From an uncultured Chthonomonadaceae bacterium (GTDB lineage Bacteria > Armatimonadota > Chthonomonadetes > Chthonomonadales > Chthonomonadaceae): a stretch of 64,000 nt of DNA. Made by a program: the position numbers and the translations under genes. The stretch lies in contig CAWFQB010000003.1 in NCBI GenBank assembly GCA_963817895.1, positions 32,001 to 96,000 of the forward strand. Direction: 5' to 3'. Position 1 is the stretch's first letter; every line of letters begins with the position of its first letter. A model generated the notes under the pieces. The model was not told the origin of the DNA, ran no database searches, and was given only the letters and a program-made list of their open reading frames with translations. Shown piece by piece: positions 42,943 to 53,440 of the stretch.

Positions 42943-44022
42943 TTATTTTCTTTTTATATTATCTACAGGTAGAGCGGCAATTTGCAGCAGACTGGTGTCG
43001 AGCAGTTGCGCCACATCAACCGTGTGAGGCAGATAGCCGGCTTCAAATTGCGCCTGCATGAACGCGGCGATGCTTGCCGGGTTCGGATCGGCGGTGAAGT
43101 CGCACCGATGCCAGGCTTCGCGTAGAACGTTCGCGGAAAGGGCTTTGCCGGTCAGCCGCTTCAACTCTTTATTGGTTTCCGTTTGGGCCTCATCGCCATG
43201 CGTCTGCATCCAAGCCAGCGTTTGCAGATGCGCGGCAAGGATTTGCTGAACGTCCTGCGGATGCTGTTCCAGAAACGCGCGGCGGGCGACAACGACGGTT
43301 GTAGTCACTTTATGATCGGGCCACAGGTCGCGCTCATCCAGAACCAGATTCGCGTGGGCGTCGTGGATAAGGCGGGAGGCCCAGGGTTCGGGAACCCAGG
43401 CCGCGTCCAGTTCGTTGCGCAGAAACAGGGTCAGCATATCGGCGTTTTTCACGGGCAGGATTTCCACCCCGCCGCCCTGTTCGGTTCCGCGTAACCCCTG
43501 CTGCGCCAGAAAGTGCCGAAGCGAAATGTCTTGTGTGCCGCCAATTTGCGGCACGGCTACGCGCTTGCCTTCCAGATCGCGAACACTCGTAATATTGGTT
43601 CCACTCCGGGCGATTAAAGCCGCGCCGCCGCTGCAAGCCCCCGCAATGATTTTCAGAGCGCGGCCATTCGATTTCAGAAACGTATTGGCGGCAGGGCCGG
43701 GGCCGACGTAACTAACATCAATTTCGCCTGCTAACAGCGCTTCCATCGCTTCCGGCCCCGCGTTGAATACTTTGGCGTCCAGCGCGACCTGACTGCCCAA
43801 CGCCTGCTGAAACGTACCCCTGCCAACGCCGATAACAGCGGGAGCATGGGTGACATTGGCAAAATAGCCCAATCGCACTCGTCTCGCGCCTGACCGCGCC
43901 ACATCCGGCGGACGCCCGATGACGAACGCCAGAAGAAACAGCGTGACGATGCCGAACAGTGGCATAGCGTTTTGCCGCAGGCTTTGTATCCACTGCGCTG
44001 TTTGTGATTGTGGCTGCTGCAA
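42943..44022 (-). CDS. ssuA: Aliphatic sulfonate-family ABC substrate-binding protein (SsuA-like); start uncertain
   Basis: RLGYFANVTHAPA, FNAGP, YVGPGP, PQIGGTQD, AWVPEPW. Confidence 0.85.
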   Translation of the reverse strand: MQQPQSQTAQWIQSLRQNAMPLFGIVTLFLLAFVIGRPPDVARSGARRVRLGYFANVTHAPAVIGVGRGTFQQALGSQVALDAKVFNAGPEAMEALLAGEIDVSYVGPGPAANTFLKSNGRALKIIAGACSGGAALIARSGTNITSVRDLEGKRVAVPQIGGTQDISLRHFLAQQGLRGTEQGGGVEILPVKNADMLTLFLRNELDAAWVPEPWASRLIHDAHANLVLDERDLWPDHKVTTTVVVARRAFLEQHPQDVQQILAAHLQTLAWMQTHGDEAQTETNKELKRLTGKALSANVLREAWHRCDFTADPNPASIAAFMQAQFEAGYLPHTVDVAQLLDTSLLQIAALPVDNIKRK

Positions 44023-44060
44023 AATTAGCCCTCTTTTGCCAGGGGTTGAAAACACCCGAC

Positions 44061-44519
44061 TTATATCACGTAATCAAAAATCTCGTTTTGCTGCGCCAGC
44101 AGGGTTCCGTGCCGTTCGGCGAGTTGGGCGAAGGTGGTCGTGTCCAGCACTTTCGCCAGCGCGTCGCGCGCCTCTTTCCAGGCCGCGCGCAGGCTGCACG
44201 TCAGCGGTTCCGGGCAGCCGCACTCGTTGTAGTTCGTCGCGCTGACGCAGCTCATGGGCGCGAGCGGGCCATCGGTTGCGCGCACCACCGCCCCAAGCGT
44301 AATCGAAGCAGGCGACATAGCAAGCATATAGCCGCCCCCCGGCCCCTTGCGGCTCTTGACAAACCCGAACCGCTTCAGCGTGAGCAGTATCTGTTCCAGA
44401 AACTTCACGGGAATATTCTGCCGCGCCGCGATCTCATGGATCAGTACAGGGCCTTCGCTGCTGTGCAGCGTGAGATCAATCAGGGCGCGGGTCGCGTATT
44501 TTCCTCGGCAAGATAACAT
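44061..44519 (-). CDS. Rrf2 family transcriptional regulator (CymR/IscR-like)
   Basis: KYATRAL, FLEQILLTL, SRKGPGGGY, DGPLAPMSC, Cys cluster, C-terminal FDYVI. Confidence 0.93.
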   Translation of the reverse strand: MLSCRGKYATRALIDLTLHSSEGPVLIHEIAARQNIPVKFLEQILLTLKRFGFVKSRKGPGGGYMLAMSPASITLGAVVRATDGPLAPMSCVSATNYNECGCPEPLTCSLRAAWKEARDALAKVLDTTTFAQLAERHGTLLAQQNEIFDYVI

Positions 44520-44558
44520 CGGATTTATGGCTCTTACGAACCAACAAATTGATTCGTT

Positions 44559-44612
44559 ACTTAGTCTATCAAATTAGTAGAGTATTCTAGCACATGTCCA
44601 TGTAATTGTCAA
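44559..44612 (-). promoter_or_regulatory. Sigma-70 promoter of the rrf2-ssuABC operon with overlapping operator copy 3
   Basis: Minus strand TTGACA (44612-44607), 17 nt, TAGAAT (44589-44584), overlapping AATACTCTACTAATTTGATAGACTAAGT (44586-44559). Confidence 0.8.
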
Positions 44613-44848
44613 TAGCCACCCGCCTTACCAGTAAGAATATTGTTGCTACAATGTTGAAGTCGCTTGGAGGGATCACGTTGAGAAAAGAGACACAATTTTG
44701 ACTGATGGTGTCATTTTCAGCGCGATATACGGCGATAACCCTGCTCATGTAGAAACATTTACACCCGAAAAGCGTAGAAGAGTGGGTACGTTTTCAGGAA
44801 TACGGCAAGTTTGATGAATAGCCGCCTGAACAGGAGAATCACCCCCTT

Positions 44849-47125
44849 ATGGAACCCACTCGAAGAGATTTTATTCAGACCGGCATCGCGCTTGCGGGCG
44901 CGGCGGGACTGGCGCTGACGGAAACCGCCGCGAATGCGGCAGAGCCACAGCCTGCGCTTGCGGCAGCCGGAGAATCGCTTGCCGTCAGCGCGACGGACAA
45001 GGCACAGGACCTTGCCACCGCAACCACAATGGATAAAGGGCCGCTGACCACCAACATAGGACAGCCGATCAGCACCGACCAGAACTCGCTGCGGGCGGGC
45101 GGCCGCGGACCGACGCTGCTGGAAGATTATGTTCTGCGCGAAAAGCTTCAGCATTTCGACCATGAGCGCATCCCGGAGCGTATTGTCCATGCGCGCGGCG
45201 CGGCAGCGCATGGACACTTTCAGGTGTATCAGTCGCTTGCCGACCTTACCGCCGCCAAAGTGCTGCACGATCCCGCTGTGAAAACTCCCGTATACGTCCG
45301 GTTTTCCACAGTGGCCGGGTCGCGCGGTTCGGCGGACACGGCCCGCGATGTGCGCGGCTTTGCCGTCAAGATGTACACGCAGGAGGGCAACTGGGACATT
45401 GTAGGCAACAACATCCCTGTGTTCTTCATTCAGGACGCCATCAAGTTTCCCGACCTGATACATGCCGTGAAGCCGGAACCGCACAACGAAATTCCGCAGG
45501 CGGCTTCCGCGCACGACACCTTTTATGATTTTATTTCGCTGACGCCCGAATCTATGCACATGCTTATGTGGGTAATGAGCGACCGTTCGCTTCCGCGCAG
45601 CTATGGCATGATGGAGGGTTTTGGCGTTCACACGTTCCGGCTGGTCAACGCCGAGGGCAAATCCACCCTTGTCAAATTCCACTGGAAGCCGCTGTTAGGC
45701 GTCCATTCGCTGGTGTGGGACGAGGCGCAGCAGATTGCGGGCAAAGACCCGGATTTTCACCGCAAAGACATGTGGGAAGCCATCGAAAAGGGCAACTTTT
45801 TTGAGTGGGAATTGGGAATACAAACCATTCCCGAAGGCGAAGAGGGCAAGTTCGACTTTGACGTGTTGGACGCCACCAAAATCTGGCCCGAAGAATTGCT
45901 GCCCGTCCGGCGCATCGGCAAAATGACGCTCAACCGCAACCCCGACAACTACTTTGCCGAAACCGAACAGGTCGCGTACAGCACCACCAACATCGTGCCG
46001 GGTATTGATTTCACGGATGACCCGCTGTTGCAGGGGCGCAACTTCTCCTATCAGGATACCCAACTCAGTCGGCTTGGCAGTCCCAACTTTCACGAACTGC
46101 CCATCAATCGCCCGATTTGCCCCGTGTCCAACAATCAGCGCGACGCGCACATGCGGCATACCATCAACAAGGGTCGCGTCTCGTATGCGCCCGCGTCATT
46201 AGACGGACATTCGCCCGATGAGGCCGTTCCTCCGCGCGGCGGGTTTGTCAGCTATCGGGAAACGGTGAGCGGGCCGAAGGTTCGCGAGCGCAGCAAAAGT
46301 TTCGACGACCATTACGGACAGGCGCGGTTGTTCTGGAACAGCATGACGCCGCCCGAAAAAGAGCATATCGTCAAGGCGCTGCAATTCGAGTTGAGCAAAG
46401 TGGAAACCCGCGCCGTTCGGCAGCGGATGCTCGGCCATCTGGCGAAAATCAATGACGTTCTGGCCTCACAGGCGGGCGCGGCGCTTGGCGAAACGGTTCC
46501 GGGCCATGCCCCTTCCGCCAAACCCGGCGGCACAGCGGACAGCGTGGAGGAAACCCGCGCGCTTGCCAGCGCCACGACGCCAACCACGTCATCAGGCGGG
46601 GTTCAAAAGTCCAAAGCGTTGAGCATGGCAGGGCAGCCGGCAAGCGCAAAGAATCGTAAAGTGGCGATACTGGTGGAAGCCGGGGTAGATGCGTCGCAAG
46701 TGGAAGCCATGCAGCAGGCGCTGAAAGCGGCGGGCGCGGCGGGCGATGTTGTCGGCCCGCATCTTGGAGCCATAAGCGGCAAGAACGGCGCGAATGTGGA
46801 GGCCACCAAAACGTATGCCAACAGCAGTCCGGCAACTTACGATGCCGTGTATGTGCCGGGTGGCGCAAGCGCCGCCGCTCTGAAGCTAAAAGGGGACGCA
46901 CGCGTGTTTGTGGCGCAAACCTACAAGCATGCCAAAGCGATTGGGGCGACGGGCGAAGGCGTAGACCTGCTGGTGGCAGCCCTCCCGGAGGGCGCGGCGA
47001 TGAACCAAATGGGCGTTGTCGGGGAGCGGGAGGGCGCGCAGCGCGACGGCGCAATCCAGAAGTTTGTCGCCGCCATCGGGCCGAGGCACTGGGGCCGTCC
47101 CGCGCTGGATCGCGTCTCGGCCTGA
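44849..47125 (+). CDS. katE: Large-subunit monofunctional catalase (HPII, clade 2) with Tat-like signal peptide
   Basis: [48 protein letters not shown]-terminal DJ-1-like domain; N-terminal TRRDFIQ. Confidence 0.95.
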   Translation: MEPTRRDFIQTGIALAGAAGLALTETAANAAEPQPALAAAGESLAVSATDKAQDLATATTMDKGPLTTNIGQPISTDQNSLRAGGRGPTLLEDYVLREKLQHFDHERIPERIVHARGAAAHGHFQVYQSLADLTAAKVLHDPAVKTPVYVRFSTVAGSRGSADTARDVRGFAVKMYTQEGNWDIVGNNIPVFFIQDAIKFPDLIHAVKPEPHNEIPQAASAHDTFYDFISLTPESMHMLMWVMSDRSLPRSYGMMEGFGVHTFRLVNAEGKSTLVKFHWKPLLGVHSLVWDEAQQIAGKDPDFHRKDMWEAIEKGNFFEWELGIQTIPEGEEGKFDFDVLDATKIWPEELLPVRRIGKMTLNRNPDNYFAETEQVAYSTTNIVPGIDFTDDPLLQGRNFSYQDTQLSRLGSPNFHELPINRPICPVSNNQRDAHMRHTINKGRVSYAPASLDGHSPDEAVPPRGGFVSYRETVSGPKVRERSKSFDDHYGQARLFWNSMTPPEKEHIVKALQFELSKVETRAVRQRMLGHLAKINDVLASQAGAALGETVPGHAPSAKPGGTADSVEETRALASATTPTTSSGGVQKSKALSMAGQPASAKNRKVAILVEAGVDASQVEAMQQALKAAGAAGDVVGPHLGAISGKNGANVEATKTYANSSPATYDAVYVPGGASAAALKLKGDARVFVAQTYKHAKAIGATGEGVDLLVAALPEGAAMNQMGVVGEREGAQRDGAIQKFVAAIGPRHWGRPALDRVSA

Positions 47126-47267
47126 TCCGCGCCACGACAGGATTACGTCGTTTTTGCGACAATGCTTTGTACAGAAAGGATTACGAAAAGTTATGTAGCA
47201 GGGCTTCCACCAAACCGCTTGCCGCTTTCGTCATAATATATGGATAATGAAGGAGCGGCAAGTGGGT

Positions 47268-47675
47268 ATGGAACGAAAACAGGTGCTACGGATTCTTATC
47301 GTGGATGACAACGCTTTCGTGCGGGAGGGGTTGGCGGCTATCATAGGAAGGCAGAGCGACATGGAAGTTGTGGGCGAGGCCGGCAATGGCGCGGAAGCCG
47401 TCACCCTGTACTGCCGCCATCAGCCGGATGTGACGCTGATGGACTTGCGGATGCCGATCATGGACGGGATTGCGGCAACGCATGCTATTCGGAAAGAGTT
47501 TCCAGAAGCCCGTATCCTCGTGGTCACGACTTTCGTTGAAGATGAGTCGATTACGAGCGCGCTTCACGCCGGAGCCGCCGGATACGTGCTTAAGGACGCG
47601 CCTATGGCGCAGATTATGGAAGCCATACGCGCCACAGGCGGGCAGGCGGAGCCGGTTGTTCCTCCGCAGTCTTGA
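47268..47675 (+). CDS. Stand-alone receiver-domain response regulator (NarL-type REC without HTH)
   Basis: ILIVDDN, PDVTLMDLRMP, VTTF, GYVLKD; ends without an output domain. Alternative start 47247. Confidence 0.85.
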   Translation: MERKQVLRILIVDDNAFVREGLAAIIGRQSDMEVVGEAGNGAEAVTLYCRHQPDVTLMDLRMPIMDGIAATHAIRKEFPEARILVVTTFVEDESITSALHAGAAGYVLKDAPMAQIMEAIRATGGQAEPVVPPQS

Positions 47676-47728
47676 AGCCTCACCGGGCGTCCACAGGTGG
47701 ACGCCCGGTGAGAATAAAGTGTTTTCTA

Positions 47729-49189
47729 TTATCCTGTATGCTTTGCGGCGCGGGTGGGGACAACTACCAGAATTTCGGTACCTTTTCCCGGCTGGCTGCG
47801 AATGGAAAGGGTTCCGCCGAGACGGTCGGCGCGTTCCTGCATGCCCACCAATCCGTAGTGTCCGGCGGGAGTGGAAGCCAGCGCGTCGAAACCCCTGCCA
47901 TTGTCCTGTATCCACAGTTGCACGGATTTGAAAGTGAAGGTCAATTCCACCCGCAGGCGCGTGGCATCCCCGTGCCGCAGACTATTGGTGAGGGCTTCCT
48001 GACCGATACGCAGCAGGTCGTCTTCCACACTGGGCAGGAGGGGCCATGCCTTTCCCTGTACGGCAAACTCCCCCGCGACGGATGTTCCCGCCGTGACCTG
48101 CTCGACAAGCTGCGTCAGCGCTTCGGGCAGTGTTTTGTCTTGCAGCAGGAGAGGACGCAGCGCCTGCACGGAGCGGCGGGCCTCCATCAAACTCTCTCTC
48201 GCCGCCGTCGCCGCGCGTTCCAGATGGGCTTCCGCCTGTTCCGGCTCCGTTTTCAGCAATCCTCTGGCGGCTTCCACCTGCATGGTGATGCCCGTAAACC
48301 CCTGCGCCAGCGTGTCATGAATCTCCTGCGCCATGCGGTTACGCTCCCGCAGCACGGCGATTTCCGCCTCGTGCCGGACGCGCTCCTCCCCGGCGATTTT
48401 ACTATGGGTCATGTCGCGCATCACCTTGATATAACGATGCTCCGCTCCATCATGCATCGTCATCAGAACGCCCGACGCCCAAAACCGCGACCCGTCCCGC
48501 TTCACATGCCAGCGCTCATCTTCAGCGCGCCCCTCATTCGCGGCCTGCTCCAACTCCTTACGGTCTTCACCCGCCGCCACATCTTCGGGCGTGAACAAAA
48601 TAGCCGAAGGCTGTCCCACAATGTCTTCCGCCCCATAACCCAACAAGCGCTCCGCGCCGATGTTCCAGTCGGAGATACAGCCCTCCGCGTCGAGAGTAAA
48701 TATGGCGTATTCCGTCACGCTTTCCACAATACGGCGATGACGCTCTTCACTGAAACGCAAGGCATCTTCCAGCTGTTTCTGCTGCGTGTTATCGCGGAAG
48801 ATGATGGAGTAGCCGCTGATACTGCCGTCAGAATTTGAAAGCGCCTGATCAATGCCGCTGGCATAATAACGGCTGCCATCTTTTTTCATCTGCCAGCGCT
48901 CGTTGAGGGCTTTACCGTGTTCGCGCGCCATCTGCAGTTGCCGCTCGGGAATGTTCTGCGCCTGGTCTTCGGGCGTATAAAAGCGATGGGTGGTTTGCCC
49001 CAGGATTTCGGCCTCATCGTAGCCCAGAATACGACGAGCGCCCTCATTCCACGTCGTAACCCGTCCCTCGACATCCAGCAGGAAAATAGCGTACTCGGTG
49101 GCGCGTTCCACCAAAAGGGCAAATTGGGAGGCGCTACGCGCCTCCCAATTTGCCCCGGCGCATTCCGGAAAACTTGCAGTGCTGTTCAA
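47729..49189 (-). CDS. PAS-PAS sensor histidine kinase (HisKA_3/NarX-type), cytoplasmic
   Basis: Two EYAIF..D..G PAS domains, ERNRMAQEIHDTLAQ, QEALTN, DNGRGF, GLVGMQER. Confidence 0.92.
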   Translation of the reverse strand: MNSTASFPECAGANWEARSASQFALLVERATEYAIFLLDVEGRVTTWNEGARRILGYDEAEILGQTTHRFYTPEDQAQNIPERQLQMAREHGKALNERWQMKKDGSRYYASGIDQALSNSDGSISGYSIIFRDNTQQKQLEDALRFSEERHRRIVESVTEYAIFTLDAEGCISDWNIGAERLLGYGAEDIVGQPSAILFTPEDVAAGEDRKELEQAANEGRAEDERWHVKRDGSRFWASGVLMTMHDGAEHRYIKVMRDMTHSKIAGEERVRHEAEIAVLRERNRMAQEIHDTLAQGFTGITMQVEAARGLLKTEPEQAEAHLERAATAARESLMEARRSVQALRPLLLQDKTLPEALTQLVEQVTAGTSVAGEFAVQGKAWPLLPSVEDDLLRIGQEALTNSLRHGDATRLRVELTFTFKSVQLWIQDNGRGFDALASTPAGHYGLVGMQERADRLGGTLSIRSQPGKGTEILVVVPTRAAKHTG

Positions 49190-49268
49190 GGCATTTCCTT
49201 TCTCTTTTCTATTAGAGAATTGCCTTTGCTGTTAATCGCGTTTCGATAATCGGCTGGCGCGAACATTC

Positions 49269-49901
49269 TCAGGTCAATTGCGCCATGCCGCGCTTGAGGG
49301 CGAGGGTCACGGCCTGAGTGCGGTCACTCACGCCCATCTTTTTGAAGATGCTGGCGACATGCACTTTGACGGTGCCTTCGGCGATGAAAAGTTTGTTGCC
49401 AATCTCCTGATTGCTCCGGCCCGCCACCAGATTTGTCAGGATTTCGTGTTCTCGGGCGGTAAGTTCCGGCACGCGCATACGTTCGGCAAGCTGGCTGCTG
49501 ATATACGCGGGCAGGTAGGTTTGTCCGGCGGCGACCTGCGCGATGGCATGGAACATTTCGGTCGGCTGCGTGTCTTTGAGCAGGTAAGACCTGGCGCCAT
49601 TTTGCAGCGCGCGGTAAATATCATCCTGCGCGTCAAAGGTGGAGAGCATCATTACCCGCGCCTGCGGAAATTCGCCGCGTATGGCTTGCAGCGCGGCCAG
49701 GCCGTCCAACTGCGGCATGTGCCTGTCCAGAAGCGCGACATCCGGCTGGTGCCGGCGATACAGGGCGACGGCCTCTTCGCCATTGCCGGCTTCCGCCACA
49801 ACACACATATCCGTCCGCTGCTTAATCAGGGAGGCAAATCCCTCGCGGGTTACGGGATGATCATCGGCAATAAGAATCCGCACAGGAGAAGAACCGTTCA
49901 T
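49269..49901 (-). CDS. NarL/LuxR family response regulator
   Basis: ILIADDHP, REC domain, LTAREHEIL...SNQEIG..LFIAEGTVKVHV HTH. Confidence 0.93.
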   Translation of the reverse strand: MNGSSPVRILIADDHPVTREGFASLIKQRTDMCVVAEAGNGEEAVALYRRHQPDVALLDRHMPQLDGLAALQAIRGEFPQARVMMLSTFDAQDDIYRALQNGARSYLLKDTQPTEMFHAIAQVAAGQTYLPAYISSQLAERMRVPELTAREHEILTNLVAGRSNQEIGNKLFIAEGTVKVHVASIFKKMGVSDRTQAVTLALKRGMAQLT

Positions 49902-50243
49902 AAGAACCTCCACATCAAGGCAGACAAACCGGCAAACGCAGCCAGGCATTGCCGACAAATAGAGATTTACGCCCCAATAGTAATGCAGTCTTCGCTGTCA
50001 CCCTCTCGGCGCATCGCGTCGAAGCCTGCGAAGGAGGGAGAAGCGTCCATGTCACAGGACCTATAGTCAGCCGGCTTCGCTTGGCTTTATCATGCGCAGT
50101 TTCACCTGGCACACAGCGCACAGAAAATCCTCGCGGTTGCTCTGCGCCTTCTCCACACGCGCCCATACGGCAGGACGGCCACAACCAATAACCTCGCAGA
50201 GTAGAGTTTCCATATCGTATCACCTTTTGAAAATAAAAACGAC

Positions 50244-50285
50244 AAAAAGCCACTTTCGGGCAACACTGATCGAAAGTGGCTTTTT
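50244..50285. terminator. Intrinsic terminator, potentially bidirectional
   Basis: AAAAAGCCACTTTCG-loop-CGAAAGTGGCTTTTT. Confidence 0.8.
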
Positions 50286-50413
50286 GTAAGCGTCCGGACT
50301 TGGTTTATCTTACTGCCTCGTTCTAATAACAGGCTACTCCTCTGTTTGCGTGTTTTCAACTATCTCTTACGGCCTACTATACCGATGTCAACTACAATAT
50401 GGTCAAGACATTC

Positions 50414-51968
50414 TCATTTGCGGCTTTTGGTGGCAAGGGTGGCGCGCAGAGTGACGAGCTGTAGCGGGCTGACATCGGGGATAGTGACAACGCCGTTGCG
50501 CATCGTCACGACACTCTCCTCCACGTCATGCAGGCTGGCGCTGTTACGGTGGACGCGAAAGGTTACGCTGCCGACATTGGCGAGTTCCGGTACGCGCAGG
50601 ATCACGGCAAACGTTCGCGCCGGCTGTCCCGTGTTGTCGCGGTCGAACTGTGTCATGTTGGCAAACTCGAATGCGTCCGAGGTGTAGTTGCTCAGGGCAA
50701 TAGCCCACGTTCCGTCCGGGTTGCGGGCAGCGGCGGCGGTCAGGCGGGGCTTGCGGCCATACGTCCACGCCATGTCGCCCTCAAGAGAGCTTTGCGAACT
50801 GCGAAAAACCGCGCCCACATCGAAGGTCAGGCTCAAACGCTTGAAATAGTAGTATTTCAGCAGCGGCAGATACCAGTCCCCTTCGCGCAGGGGCTGGTAC
50901 TCAATCAGCCGCTGCACGTTGTCGTAATCTTCGGGCCATTTCGTGACCTCTTCCGCGCCCAAAAACCAGACCCAATGCGTGACGCGGTGGTTCATGTCAT
51001 TGATAAACCGGGAAGACAGAGAAGCCGCCTGTCGCGCGTCGGATGGCGGTTCGCTGGTCGGCAACCCTACCCCGCCGCCCGAACTCGGTAATCCAGAATT
51101 CCCGGCTGTTACGCCCGTTCGCGCCTGCCACGAAACCGGCTTCCGCTTCCCGCGCCGCCATGTTGTAGGAGTGGGTCGCGATACCGGTCAGACTGTTCCA
51201 CGCGCCCGCGTCCGCTTTGAGCGCGGCCAGAAATTTATCCGTAACGGCGTCGTTGTTGGACTGTTCCGTCGCTACAATGCCGACCTGCTTCAGCCCGCGC
51301 TTATCCAGTTCGGAGCGCAGGGCGCGAACCGTAGCCACCATTGTTTGGGGCGTGAACCAGGGCGGCTCGTTGGCGATTCCCGTAACGTTAATTTGAACTT
51401 TGTACTTGTCGCGCAACAATTGAATGAACTCGGCAATCAATCCCGCGTAGGTTTGGGTCGCAGAGGCTTTGATGGGCGAGTCGGGTTTGGCGGGGTCTTC
51501 CCGCAGTTCCGAGGGGACATGATCGGGCGCGAGCAGCAACGTGGTCACGCCATTTGCCCGCGCATCGGCAATGATTCCCGATGTAATGTAGGCTTCGGCA
51601 AAGGGGGCGGGATTGCGCGGGCCGGACGGGGGCGCGAATGTCGGCACATCCCACCACAAGCGCAGGATTTTCAGGCGCAGGTCGCCAAACAACAATCGCG
51701 CCAGCAATGCGCGGCGTTCCGGCGTCAGTTTGTTATACGGCGATTGAAAATTGTTCTGGCTGGTTCCCATGCCCCCGAATGTCTGGCGCATGCCCGACTG
51801 CACGGTAATCTTGACAGGTTCCCCCTGCGCAATCAATGGCACGGTAATTGTCGGCACGATTTTCACAGCCGTCGTACTCTGTGATCTCGCGCAGACGGGA
51901 TACCCAAATAGCGCGGCAGTAGTCAGCGCAAATGAAAATAAGATAGTATCTAATAGAGTTCTTCTCAG
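50414..51968 (-). CDS. Secreted GH30-like (clan GH-A) glycoside hydrolase (frameshift ~51080; start approximate)
   Basis: QTFGGMGTS, LKILRLW, acid/base ANEP, ATHSY, nucleophile FWITE, AAARNPDGTW. Confidence 0.7.
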
Positions 51969-52002
51969 GGTCTTCGTCCTTCCTGATGCAAGTTTAACAA
52001 CC

Positions 52003-53271
52003 TTATGTGCGCCGCAGTACCGGACGCCGGGAGCAGAGCGCGTCGAGCGTGATTTCGGCGGCGGCTTGCGTCCCGTCACATCTTGCAATTTCGGCCTGCA
52101 ATGCCTGCGCCCGGTTGCGGTAAGCGGGCTGCGCGAGTACCTTTTGTACCGCCGCTCCAAGCCGCTCCCGGCTCAATTTAGACAGCGGAACCATCTCGCC
52201 CGCTCCCGCATATACCAATCGCGCAGCCACTCCGGGCTGATCGTTGGTGATGGGAATTGCCACGAGGGGAACGCCCTGCGCCAGTGTTCCCAGAGCGGTA
52301 TTCATTCCCGCATGGGTAATGACGAGGGCCGCGCGCTTAAGCAGTTCCCGCTGCGGCGCGTAGGCGACGACAATCGGCGAACCCGGCAGGTCGCTTGGTA
52401 TCGTCTGGTTTTTGTTGCCGAGCGAAATTACCAATTGCGCGTCCAGACCGTCACACGCGGCGGCAATGGTTTGAAACACGCGCTGCACCCGATTTTGCAG
52501 CGTTCCCATCGCGGCGTAAATCAGCGGCTGTCCGGTCAGCTTATCGAAAGGAAATTCTACGGCATCTTCGCTCTGCGCGTCATTCAGCGGCCCGACGTAG
52601 TGAAAGTGGGGCGGGAGCATGGCGCGGGGATAGTCCAGACACGCGGGCAGTTGAGTGATCTGGGCGAGGGGAGAATCGCACACCGCAGAAGCCAGCGGAG
52701 GCAGGTTCCACGTCAGCCGCTGCGCGTTGAGCGTGTGGCGGATGGGAGCGGAAATTCTGTCCAGAAGGAGATAGCCTAACTGGTTGCGGACGCGCGCTCC
52801 GACGGAGGCGCGATACTTCCAGGCGAAATTCAGGGGCGGAATATTCGGTTCTCTGTTCGCGGGGAGGGCGTTGCAAAGCGTCACGTAGGGCAGGCCCATA
52901 TGCTCGGCGACGGTTGCCGCCGCGGGCGTGAACTGATCCACGACCAACCCCTCGATGCCGCCGGTTTGGACAGCGGCAGGCATATCGCGCAGCCATAATC
53001 GGGCCGCGTCGCGAATAACCTGAATCGTGAAGCGCAGCGCTTTGCCCCCGGACAATTGCCCCAGCGTCTCGTACTGCCGCGCCATGCTTCCCGGCGGCGC
53101 TTCCGCCAGACCGATGGGAAGATACGCAAGACCGGCGGAAAGAGCCTTGCGCTCCGCGTCGGGCAGGGCAAGCAGGGTGACGCGATGGCCCTGACGCAGC
53201 AATTCGCGCCCCAACGTAGTCGTGGGATTAAGATGTCCGCTTGCTACTGAACAGCATAGACCGATGTGCAT
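52003..53271 (-). CDS. GT1/MGT-family UDP-glycosyltransferase (CrtX-like)
   Basis: GHLNP, GHRVT, YAAMGTLQN, YAPQRELL, ITHAGMNT, PITNDQPGVAAR. Confidence 0.88.
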   Translation of the reverse strand: MHIGLCCSVASGHLNPTTTLGRELLRQGHRVTLLALPDAERKALSAGLAYLPIGLAEAPPGSMARQYETLGQLSGGKALRFTIQVIRDAARLWLRDMPAAVQTGGIEGLVVDQFTPAAATVAEHMGLPYVTLCNALPANREPNIPPLNFAWKYRASVGARVRNQLGYLLLDRISAPIRHTLNAQRLTWNLPPLASAVCDSPLAQITQLPACLDYPRAMLPPHFHYVGPLNDAQSEDAVEFPFDKLTGQPLIYAAMGTLQNRVQRVFQTIAAACDGLDAQLVISLGNKNQTIPSDLPGSPIVVAYAPQRELLKRAALVITHAGMNTALGTLAQGVPLVAIPITNDQPGVAARLVYAGAGEMVPLSKLSRERLGAAVQKVLAQPAYRNRAQALQAEIARCDGTQAAAEITLDALCSRRPVLRRT

Positions 53272-53440
53272 TGCGCCTGCTTTCTTCGCGTACTTTCTTG
53301 CTTGCTTTTCTGTGTGGTTGACCCAGACCTTCCGATTTTTTGGTTATGGCTTTGTCCAAAAGGAATTGCCCGCATCGCCCTTGAATAGTATGCCATTCTT
53401 CACCTGAAGCGCGGCGGAATCCTTCTGCAAAGGAGCCATA

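Noticed and set aside
50244..50406. Small RNA or riboswitch between the GH30-like gene and the response regulator
   Set aside because: The candidate promoter spacing is 19 nt and no known aptamer is recognisable; the hairpin is adequately explained as the GH30-gene terminator.
52003..53271. Carotenoid or natural-product biosynthetic cluster around the CrtX-like glycosyltransferase
   Set aside because: No crt, PKS, NRPS or RiPP-modifying genes are nearby.
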